Positions 21,096 through 31,068 of a stretch of 33,481 nt of DNA are shown piece after piece. Under the pieces are notes generated by a model. That model searched no databases and was not told where the DNA came from. It saw nothing but the letters and a program-made list of their open reading frames with translations. Origin of the DNA: Octopus bimaculoides (lineage: Eukaryota); NCBI RefSeq assembly GCF_001194135.2, contig NC_068984.1, forward strand, positions 102,330,095 through 102,363,575, read 5' to 3'. Each line of letters opens with the position of its first letter. Positions within the stretch are counted from its first letter, which is position 1. Both the position numbers and the translations under genes were made by a program.

Positions 21096-21477
21096 ATCTT
21101 TTATCTTTTATCTTTTATCTTTTACTTGTTTCAGTCATTAGGCTGTGGCCATGCTAGGGCACTGCCTTGAAGAAGTTTCAGTTGAATGAATCGAACCCAG
21201 TACCTGTTTTGTTTGTTAAGCCTGGAACTTAGTCTATTGGTCTCTTTTGCCAAACTGCTAAATTACAGAGATGTAAACACCAGTTGTCAAGCAGTAACAG
21301 GGGAAATTATAGACACAAAGACACACACACACACACAATGGGATTCTTTCAGTTTCTCTATCAAATTCCCTCATAAAGTCTTAGTCAACCCAAGGCTATA
21401 GTAGAAGACTGAGTTGGAACCTGAAACCATATGGTTGGGAAGCAAGCTCCTTACTACACAACCATGCCTGCACCTAT
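21096..21477 (-). mobile_element. SINE family A, full length, diverged
   Basis: (TCTTTTA)n tail, GTCATTAGGCTGTGGCCATGCT, and a head ending CCTGCACCTAT. Confidence 0.85.
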
Positions 21478-21556
21478 TGCTGAAGATTTCACCAAAAGTC
21501 TATTAACTCAGGGTCCTTCGAATTCTTCAGTTAACTCTTTAGCATTTACATTAGTC

Positions 21557-21740
21557 ACAAGACCAAGAATTTGAGGAGGGATCAAATTGATTACATCAAC
21601 CCCAGTACTCAACTGGAACTTATTCTATTGACTCCAAAAGGATGGAAAGCAAAGTCAACCTCAGTGGAATTTGAACTCAGAACATAAAGACAGAAGAAAT
21701 ATCGCTCACCATTTTGCCTGGTGTGCTAATGATTCTGTCA
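21557..21740 (-). mobile_element. SINE family B
   Basis: GATTACATCAACCCCAGT...AAAGTCAACCTCAGTGGAATTTGAACTCAGAAC. Confidence 0.85.
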
Positions 21741-23591
21741 ATAATAATAATAATAATGATAATAATAATAATAGACAATAATAATTATAAACAATGATAG
21801 GATTAAAAAAAATGAGGAAAATTTCTCAATGCTAAAAGAAATGTAAAACAAAATGTTTAAAGACATTAAGAGACAAAAACAGATAACAAAATAAGCCAAT
21901 ATACATTAATATTCCCATCCTTAAATGCTTATAAACATTTCCTTATTTGCATTAAGATTTTATTTCTGTATTTTTCTTCTAAACTACAAGCAGTTTCTTC
22001 AAAATTGTTAACTCTAGTTGCAAGAGTGAAATAAAACAAAACAAAAAAAACATCATTTTTTAAAAAAAAAGCTTTCTTTTTTTTAAATTGATATTTTTTA
22101 TTTTGATTTGAATTTTTCAAAAATATAAAAAAAACTCAAATAGCTTTTTAATTAAAAGAATATTTAATGAAATAAAAGAACATGAAACAGATTAAATAAA
22201 AATGATAAAATGAAATAAATACAACCAGTGAACCTAAGAGCTGTAAACAATGGAATGGACAAAGACAGCTAATACTTAGAATCCTAGCTTTTGGCAGAAA
22301 AATGTATGAAGTAAAATTCATCAAAGAAAACAACTTAGAAAATTCTTTAGTTCAATAAATAAGAAATTGGATTTTACTTGGCATAAAAATCACTAAACCC
22401 CCTTTCATTATAGCTATAATTTATTAAAAGACAAAATGCCAAATAATTTCATATATCATTTTACTCAGGTGGTTCTTAAGCTTGTCCTTTTCAATTTATT
22501 TGTTCTGCCATTTATCCATTCTTCTTAAATCTATACTTTTCTTCTTTCCCTATCTCATTTTACTCATTCTTTGTGGGCACATACGCACAACACATAACCT
22601 AAGCAATCAAAACACAAACCTAGCATTCACACTACATTAACCTAACACTCCCAACCAACTACTATTTTCCTCTATTACAACCACCATCTGCTACATTATT
22701 CAGAGAAGACTCCAGTCAGTTTCTTATAAGCATAATTCAAAGCTTGATATTATATTTCCCCAGCCTGAAGAACCACTGGATGAAACTGCTAGTTATTGTG
22801 ATATTCTGATTTTCTGAAATTTCTAAGTAAAAATTATTCTTTAGAAAGTATTGAAAGCACTGAGTTCGTTTTTCTTAGTGATATGCACAAAAAAATACTC
22901 AAAATCATCCTCATTTACACACATACATATGTGTATGTGTATAACAGACTGTCCACTGCCACAAGCCAGCATAATACAAACCCTGTAACTTGCAGTGTTT
23001 TTATGGTAAAAGAATAATAAAAACAAGGTGGGTAGATCTTATTCCCAAACATTTTCAACAACTAGCCATATGCTTTCCATTCTAAAATGATTCAGATTCT
23101 GATATTATGGGCTGTAAACAGCATAGCACATCACTCTGAAGTGAAATTATCTTTCCATATCACTTTCATTCACATCAAAGAAATTTTTGTTCAAAAAGAT
23201 GATATATTTATCTGTTTCTATCACACATTTCTTCTTTTAGGAGAAAGATATCAAGTCTCAAGGTATTTTTTTTTTAAATTGATTCCTTTTGAAAAGATTA
23301 GTTTACAAGAGGAACACATTGACAAGTCATCCATCATAAGGTTGAGAGCTGGAATGCTTCAATCTAAAGGATTCTGCAAATGTTACATTACGGTTGCAAT
23401 TTACTTAAAAAAAATTATAACAAAAAAATTACTGTAAAAATTAAATAATAGAACAGCAAAAAACTTGAATAGATAATTATACATAAAAAGAAAAAAAGGT
23501 AGTGAAGTGAAAGAAGAAAGTGAAGGGAGAAGAAGAAGAAGAAGTGAGGTAAAAACCACAGCATTAAAGGCAGATTTCATTGGTTACTTAC

Positions 23592-23720
23592 TGATAGTTG
23601 TTCATCAGATTCACAGAACACATCAAACAAGTGCTGCCTGATTAAGGACCAGTGATCACTGCCAATTATATCAGCTGCCATTGATACTTGCTTCAATGCT
23701 CGCATAGCTTCCCGGCGGCA
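23592..23720 (-). CDS. TBC1D32: internal coding exon (129 nt, phase 0/0), probable TBC1D32 / protein broad-minded
   Basis: Acceptor ATATTTTCAG (CAG at 23723-23721) and donor TCA|GTAAGT (GT at 23591). Open frame CRREAMRALKQVSMAADIIGSDHWSLIRQHLFDVFCESDEQLS aligns with one gap to my recollection of human TBC1D32 [42 protein letters not shown]. The exon call is stronger (about 0.85) than the gene name. Confidence 0.6.
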
Positions 23721-23973
23721 CTGAAAATATACATTCCAATGCACCAACAAGTGCTCATTTAGAATTTGATTTGGAGTAGCATTTTGAATAATTTTTTTTC
23801 AGATACATCTTAACACAAGTTTTCTTTGTTTTTAGGTTTAAATATTTTTTATAATCCATATTGAATTATATTTCATTAAAATGGAAGTTGAATGAAATTA
23901 GCATACATGCAGTAAGGAGATGCAGCCGGTACTCGCAATCCCCAAACCTTAATTAGAAAAAAGGGAATCTAAT

Positions 23974-24012
23974 GATGACCTAGATATAGCAGTAAGCTAT
24001 ATCTAGGTCATC
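23974..24012. other. perfect 17-bp inverted repeat with a 5-nt loop
   Basis: GATGACCTAGATATAGC-AGTAA-GCTATATCTAGGTCATC. Confidence 0.97.
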
Positions 24013-24659
24013 TGGTTTTCTATTTAAGTACAGCTGCAGCATCCATGTTAGAGATACCACTTCAAAGTTTAGCTTGCCCAGGTGTGCAAAGAGGAAGTTT
24101 TAATTAGTCATAATGGAATGTAACACACATACAACATATATTCAAACATTTTTTTCCCCCCTCTTTTTTAATTAATAAATTAAGTTTGGAGATACAGTAA
24201 ATGTGTAAAATAATATTTTCTGAAGCATTTTGTAAAATGGAATTTCAAAAGATTTGAAATGGGGCCATTAAAATTTGTGACATGTTCATAATTTGTTTTT
24301 TGCTTTTTTTTTTTTTTGACACTAATAATATACAGTGTGAGGATATTTTGAACCATACCTACAATCATCACTAACACTGCTACCACCAATGCTTTTTCAT
24401 TCAATTTTTCTTTTAGCAAGTGTTGGTCAAATCTGGTATCTCATCTCAACAGTTTTAGACTGGATCTAAACATTTCTTTCAAATTTTTTAACTCAGTCTC
24501 CCTCTACCATGCCCATCATCAACTATCAATCAACAACACTTTTTGACTCATTTGTATGGCATACCCAAATTTCTTGTATAACACCAGCAAATGTCTTTGT
24601 TATCTAGTCACTCTCACCACTCCTTGCCTGTCCTCAGCCTTTCATTTAATAATGAATCT

Positions 24660-24830
24660 TAATGAACTTATTTTCTCCAATTGTTGTAAATCTTTTGTAT
24701 TCACTGCTCATGTTTCAATGCCATAATTACATTATTTTATGCACATCTTACAGAGTCTCTTTTTAAAATGGAGAGACAAAACCTGTTGGTAACAAAGCAG
24801 AGAAATGTGTCATGCTCCTATGTATCAGGC
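24660..24830 (-). mobile_element. highly decayed RTE fragment related to the 2779-4672 element
   Basis: TTCACTGCTCATGTTTCAATGCCAT and GAGAGACAAAACCTGTTGGTAAC resemble the reverse complement of the HGSETWA and LLVTKGLSL codons. Confidence 0.4.
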
Positions 24831-24941
24831 AATGCCTGAAACAACAATAAACCCATGACTAATACCTTAATCATTTAAATATAAAGGGTTACAGAATATG
24901 AAACATTGAGTTAGAGGTTGCTTATGAAGCAGAGAAATATT

Positions 24942-25154
24942 GGTTTCCAATTTTGGCACAAGGTGAGCAGTTTTGGGAGAGGGAGTAAATCTATTAATTT
25001 GATTCCAGTGTTCAACTGGTACTTATTTTACTGATCCTGAGAAGATGAAGGCAAAGTCAACCCTGGTGGAATTTGAAATCAGAACATAAAGACAAATGAA
25101 CTGCTGCTAAGTGTTTTGTCTAGCACGCTAACAATTCTACCAGCTTGCCACCTT
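24942..25154 (-). mobile_element. SINE family B with a 16-17 bp target-site duplication
   Basis: TGAAGCAGAGAAATATT at 24925-24941 and 25154-25170. Confidence 0.93.
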
Positions 25155-25896
25155 GAAGCAGAGAAATATTAATATGGCTTCATTTCTTGAAGCTGTCCAA
25201 AACGTGTATTCTGGTTCTGTTGATAATAAGGAAGTGTAAGGTAGTTATTTGTTCTAAGTTTAAATAGGTTTCCATTTAAGTATATACAGGTATGTGGGTA
25301 TTTTGAAAATACCTCATAAAGTGATGACCATACCCTGCTGAGTTACAGACAACACTTTGGTAAGGCATAACACCTGTTCAGCTACCCTGCCAAGGAATTG
25401 GTGAAGTCATGGGACAGCAGCATGACAAATTGTGAAGAGGTAGCAGAAGAGCTCAACTGAGCCAATGGTGCTTCTTAGACTGATTCTGAGCAGAGGAATC
25501 CTAGAAAATCAACAGTCCAGATCACCAAGTTCTATCAAGAGAGTAACTGCAATGCATCCATAGAGGTGGCATCCATGGTTGTGTTATCAGCTAATGAATG
25601 ATTGATTATGACTCAAGCTCCCAATTCAGATGCATAATAATGGAATCGGTTGGCAACAGAAAATCATGGGAATCTGTGAAAGCAGTGAAAACAAATATAT
25701 AACTTGCAGGAGTAGAATCTCTGAGTTAAAAGTGAGACAAAAACAGGTGTCATCAGCTAAGAACAAAGAGAGGAATCTTGATATTAAGAAAAGAGCGAAG
25801 GGAATTACATTTTGTAGTACAGCCAAGTTGACAAAGAGATAGGTGAGGGAATACTTCCTCGATAAAACTGCTAAGGAAAATTTAGTAACAAGATGT

Positions 25897-26037
25897 CCTG
25901 CCTTGAAGAATTTTACTCAATGGATTCACCACAGTATTAATTTTTTAAGCCTGGTATTTATTCTATCAGTCTCTTTTGCCAAACTGCTAAGTTACAGGGA
26001 TGTAAACACACCAACACCAGTTCAAAAGCAGTGGTGG

Positions 26038-26081
<44 letters not shown>

Positions 26082-26240
26082 GGGCTTCTTTCAGTTTCCA
26101 TTTACCAAATCCATTCATAAGGCTTTGGTCAATCAAGGCTATAGTAGAAGACACTTGCCCAAAATGCTACACAATAAGACTGAACACCAGATCATATGGT
26201 TGGGAAGCAAGCTTCTTGCCACACAGCTGCACCTGTGCCT
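25897..26240 (-). mobile_element. SINE family A, tail truncated
   Basis: CTCTTTTGCCAAACTGCTAAGTTAC, (CA)n, AGTAGAAGACACTTGCCC and the head are present. Confidence 0.88.
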
Positions 26241-26316
26241 TTATAGCCACACACACAATTTCCATTTACATTTTGTGTACAACCTAAAAAAATCAATGAA
26301 AACACATAGCATGTGT

Positions 26317-26710
26317 TTGCTTACCAACCACATGGTTCTGGGTTCAGTCCCACTGTGTGGCACCTTGGGCAAGTGTCTTCTACTATAGCCTTGGGCTGAC
26401 CTTNNNNNNNNNNACTGTGTGGCACCTTGGGCAAGTGTCTTCTACTATAGCCTTGGGCTGACCTTGAGAGTGGATTTGATAGAAGGAAACTGAAAGAAGC
26501 CCATCGTATATACATACATACACACATATATATATATGTATGTGTGTCTGCGTTTGTCCCCTCAACATCACCTGACAATCGATGCTGGTGTGTTTATGTC
26601 CCCATAACTTAGTGGTTCAGCAAAAGACACTGATAGGGTCAATTTACTTGACTTAAGGTGGTGCCCCAGCATGGCTGCAGTCAAATGACTGAAACAAGTA
26701 AAAGAGTAAA
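26317..26710 (+). mobile_element. SINE family A (contains a 10-N gap with a 52-bp contig-overlap duplication)
   Basis: Runs from GGTTCTGGGTTCAGTCCC to GCAGTCAAATGACTGAAACAAGTAAAAGAGTAAA. Confidence 0.9.
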
Positions 26711-26994
26711 CGAATATATATATATATTATATATATAATCTCATCATTTCAGTGTTCACATTTCCATGCGTGTATGGATCAGATGGAATTTACTGAAACT
26801 GATTTTCTTCAATCAGATGCTCTTTCTGTCACCAACCCCACCCCAGTTTGCATGTAAAGTAATATTTTCCGATGACCAGACATGCTTTCATGGAAGATTG
26901 GAAATGATAGAGATCACTTATATGATGGTGATGCTCATTAACAACTACCTTATGATGTCAAGAAAAGGAGACACTAACACACACACATACATAT

Positions 26995-27665
26995 TGCTTC
27001 CCAACCACATGGTTCCAGGTTCAGTCTCACTACATGGCACCTTGAGCAAATGTTTCCAACTATAATTTTAAGCTGACCAAAGCCTTGTGAGTGGATTTGG
27101 TAGACAGAAACTGAAAAAAGCTTAAGACAGAAACTGAAAAAAGCCTAAGGCGGTGAGCTGGCAGAAATGTTACCCCGCCGGGCGAAATGCTTATCAGTAT
27201 TTCGTCTGCCGTTACGTTCTGAATTTAAATTCTGCCAAGGTCAACTTTGCCTATCATCATTTTGGGGTCGATAAATTAAGTATTAGTTACACACTGGGGT
27301 CGATGTAATCGACTTAATCCCTTTGTCTGTTCTTGTTGTCTCCTCTATGTTTTGTCACTTGTGGGTAATAAAGAAATAAGAAACTGAAAAAAGCCTGTTG
27401 TGTACATATAAATGTATTTATCTATGTGTGAGTGTCTTTGTGTCTGTGTTTGTTCCCTCACCACTGCTTGACAAGTGGTGTTGGTGTGTTTATGTCCCTG
27501 AAACTTAGCAGTTCAGTAAAATTGACTGATAGAATAAGTGCTAGGCTTAGAAAAAATTAAGTCATTGGGCTGATTTGTTCAACTACAAAAAAGGAAACCC
27601 TTCAAGGCACTGCCCCAGCATGGCCACAGTCAAATGACTGAAACAAGTAAAAAGGATAAAAGATA
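26995..27665 (+). mobile_element. SINE family A interrupted by a family B insertion
   Basis: The A head at 26995-27120 resumes at 27379 and ends in GAAACAAGTAAAAAGGATAAAAGAT. Confidence 0.88.
27147..27378 (+). mobile_element. SINE family B nested in family A, with an 18-bp TSD
   Basis: AGAAACTGAAAAAAGCCT at 27129-27146 and 27379-27396. Confidence 0.93.
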
Positions 27666-27696
27666 GAAGATATATATACACACACATACATACACA

Positions 27697-27825
27697 TTTA
27701 CCAAATCCATTCAGAATTACTTTCATCGGCCCAGAGCAATAGTAGAAGATAATTGCCTTAGATACCATACAGTGAGAGACTGAACCTGAAGCTGTGTGGT
27801 TAGGAAGTAAACTTCTTAACCACAC
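27697..27825 (-). mobile_element. SINE family A, 5' fragment
   Basis: TTTACCAAATCC...AGTAGAAGA...GACTGAACCTG...CTTAACCACAC. Confidence 0.7.
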
Positions 27826-28099
27826 ATTTGTACACACACACACAAAACTTTTTTTTAATGATTATTACAGAAGATGGAGTGTGGCTAGAAGCATTTATTA
27901 GCACAACAATTGTTTCAGCTTCATTCTGCACTGCTCTCTAGTGGGTGTAGGATGATGTAATGACACCAGAAACAAGGCACAGTGAAAAAAAAGCCTCATC
28001 AGGTGACGTAGGATGCTTCAAAAGTTACCAGATTCACATTCCATTTTTGCTTCAAGTTATATACTGATGGTAAGATGCTAGCAGTTCAGACACATTTGG

Positions 28100-28130
<31 letters not shown>

Positions 28131-28179
28131 ATATATATATATATATCTTACGTAACTGACCAAACTATTGAACATTATT

Positions 28180-28428
28180 AAACATCACTGGTCTCAGTGT
28201 ACTTTGCACTATTTTAGCTTTCGAATGATGCCATCCAGCTGGCTAAGTACACAGGTTAACATTCCCCCTGATTGAAAGGCTAGTCTGTTGCAGGGTTACT
28301 CATTTACAGCTGAGTGGGCTGAAGCAATGAAGTGTTTTGCTCAAGAACACAATATGCTTCCTCATCTGGGAATCAAACCCACAATCTAGTGATCATGAGT
28401 GCAACATCCTAACAACCAGGCTATGCCT
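28180..28428 (-). mobile_element. tRNA-derived SINE, family C (CORE/V-domain-like)
   Basis: Minus strand: AGGCATAGCCTGGTTGTTAGG...GGGTTTGATTCCC...TGTGTTCTTGAGCAAAACACTT...CCACTCAGCTGTAAATGAG...CCCTGCAACAGACTAGC. Confidence 0.7.
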
Positions 28429-28848
28429 AGCCAACAAGGTGGCATCGTTCAAAATCTAAAATGATGTAAACCACATTATGACCAGCAATGTATAACAACA
28501 TCCAATAGTCTGGTCAATCATGTGATATATATATGCATGCAAATATGTTTATTTTATGCATAGCTAGTGAGTGTAGATAGTCAGCTTCACAGAGTTATAA
28601 ATGGTTTATATTCTTGTTATTGATAATACTATGTTAATGCTCAAGACATTTAACCCTCAAATGGCTCAAACTACTTAGCTGTAAATAGGACCTCACCACA
28701 GAGTGGGAGTAACATGCTACTGTAAATTATATGAATGATCGGCCTAACAAAATATTAAATGTAACACCACTTCGTGGCCCCTGGGTTGTATTTAGCAGAG
28801 TTTGCTCAGTTAAAAGTTCTCAGTTCGAAGGTGATAATCTCTGAACCT

Positions 28849-28895
28849 GTCTCCTCTGACCATCACTATCCAAGGTAGTGATGGTCAGAGGAGAC
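28849..28895. other. perfect 20-bp inverted repeat with a 7-nt spacer
   Basis: GTCTCCTCTGACCATCACTA-TCCAAGG-TAGTGATGGTCAGAGGAGAC. Confidence 0.97.
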
Positions 28896-28996
28896 CACTG
28901 ATTGTCCATTGAGTAAGAAGAACTGGAAGAAATGCGGCAAAGCATTTGGTCAAATACACTAATGATTCTGCTAGCTCACCACCATTGTGATAATAA

Positions 28997-29120
28997 TCCT
29001 TTCTACTATAGGCACAAGGCCTGAAACCTTAAGGGAAGGAGCTAGTTAATCACATCATCCTCAGTGCTCAACTGGTACTTATTCCATTGACCCTGAAATG
29101 ATGAAAGGTAAAGTCAACCA
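28997..29120 (-). mobile_element. SINE family B, 3' part (a separate head fragment lies at 28925-28983)
   Basis: ATCCTTTCTACTATAGGCACAAGGCCTGAAA...GACCCTGAAATGATGAAAGGTAAAGTCAACC. Confidence 0.8.
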
Positions 29121-29149
29121 CAGAAACCATCAATAATAAATGGCTATTA

Positions 29150-29338
29150 TCTTAGGCACAGGGCAAGCAATTTTGAGGGGAGGGTTTTAGTCAGAACTGA
29201 CTTCACTGCTTGACTGGTACTTTATTTTATTGACCCCAAAAGGATAAAAAACAAAGTTGACTTCAGCAGGATTTGAACTCAGATTGTAAAGATCTAGAAG
29301 AAATACCACAATGCATTTTGTCTGATGGTCTACAATTC
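29150..29338 (-). mobile_element. SINE family B, diverged
   Basis: GACTGGTACTTTATTTTATTGACCCCAAAAGGATA...GGATTTGAACTCAGA. Confidence 0.75.
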
Positions 29339-30099
29339 CTGAAATTCTGGGGGATGGAAACAGTTGACTGAATGGACCTATGTACTTGACTGGGATTTAC
29401 CAACCCTGGTAGAATGAAAGGTAATAAATAACCATCAGTAGTACCACAAACACTGTGAGTGATATATCAGGTTACATTGTTATGCTGAACACTGTCAGTG
29501 GAGATAACTTGGTGAGAGGTTGGATTCAGCAAGCTAACTTGCTCAAGAAAGACTACACAAAACCTTCTGTTGTATTTACGTGCATGTACATGTGTGTACA
29601 CATGCAAGCAGTAAATGTATGTGTGCTTGTGTGTGTTTGTGGAACTATTCGATGGAAACCATATTATAGATTGACTTCAAATAAATCTTGTTGCAAGAAA
29701 ACAACAGTAAATTCAACAACACAACCCCCACCACCAACCTTTTCCCCCACACCACCAAAAAAAAAAAAAGAAAATCCTTCACATTAAATTGCATTTCTAT
29801 TATGAAATTAAGTCAATCCGACTTTGGTGGTACTTAAATTTCTCCTTAATATCGTTGTTCTTTATCATCTCAGAGCCCTTTAAGCGAGAAAAGAAGAGGG
29901 AAAAACAATGAACCCTACTTATTTAAAATGCCTTAATTGTATTTTATTTGGCAAACTGAATGCCTTTGAAAGCTTTTAGGGTCTCGGTAACGGCTTGGCT
30001 TTTTTATTCTTTTTTTTTTTACTTCCTTTACAGAATCTAGTCTTAACTTGTTTTTGTTTTTAGTGTAAATTCTTGCTCTTCCACAAAAAAGTATGGAAT

Positions 30100-30300
30100 T
30101 TATTGTTGTTGTAGTTGTTACTTTTCACATTATTAGTGTTACTACTGTTGTTACTGTAACTATTGTGAAAGATTGTTGTTGTTGCTGTTATTGTTGTTGT
30201 TGCTGTTATGGCAATTGTTGCTGTTGATATTGTTATTGTTGTTGTGGTGCTGTTTATTGTTGTTTTGGTTGTTGTTGCCAGTATTGATGCAGTTGTTAAT
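30100..30300. repeat. degenerate (GTT)n/(GCT)n low-complexity tract
   Basis: Directly visible; a similar tract lies at about 17340-17435. Confidence 0.85.
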
Positions 30301-31068
30301 ACTAATGCTATTTTCAGCAGACAGTGAGATCTAATACAGAACTATAGTAAATTCCTTAGATCCTATAGAGTGGCATTAATCAAATATATTCAATGAGAAT
30401 ACAATATACTGAATTTCTAATAAGTGCTCTTGGTTGGGAAATGTCTAAAACATTAAAGGTATTTAGACATTTAATAAGAGTGATTAGATATTATATTATA
30501 AAATAAGAGCAGGAAAATTACATCAAAAAAATCATCACATAAGATATACATCCAAAATAATATTGTGTTAATAGATGGATGTATAAATATATAAAGTATA
30601 ATTATTTACAAAGTTTAAAAGTTTAAAATATCATAAGATTGTTTCATGAATGTGTTACCCTTTGAAGTGAAATCTAAAATTGATAATCATTATTAGGTAA
30701 TACATCCACTCCTCAGAGAGAAAGAGGGTGTATTTCTGTGTAGTCAATTGAATGCTATTTAAAAATATATGAAAAAGATGTTGTTTAAAGATGTTGTTAC
30801 TGGCATAGATGTGCGTTGGCATGTTCTTGTGCTAAAAAGTTTGGAGAAATAATATACATCCATGGTAAAATCCTCTGCAGTAATCCAAAATAGATGTGTG
30901 TAAATATAAATCCCATAATTCTGTTCTCTTCAATGTGTGATCCATGAATGCAGAAAATAAAAGTAGTTAAATTTTTGCCTTTTATAGTTGTGTATACAAA
31001 ACTGGAATATATCGTTGTTATATTTTATGATATAATATAATATAATATAGTATAATATAATATAATAT

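Noticed and set aside
21929-22120. Minus-strand LEEKYRNKILMQIRKCL* resembling human LETKYKSLVTTAIQQCV
   Set aside because: There is an immediate in-frame stop, no donor, the order is wrong relative to the 23.6-kb exon, and the context is low-complexity.
25400-25860. Less AT-rich stretch with short ORFs, possibly a LINE 5' remnant
   Set aside because: I could not recover any diagnostic endonuclease or RT motif, so it is left unassigned.
26352-26465. Exact 52-bp direct duplication
   Set aside because: Identical copies (26352-26403 and 26414-26465) sit on either side of a 10-N gap, the signature of unmerged overlapping contig ends.
29470-29570. Minus-strand RFCVVFLEQVSLLNPTSHQ as a possible upstream exon
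   Set aside because: There is no polypyrimidine tract and only a poor GTTATC donor.
30439-30472. 11-bp inverted repeat AAATGTCTAAA/TTTAGACATTT with a 12-nt spacer
   Set aside because: It is AT-rich and short; about one such match is expected by chance in a window this size.
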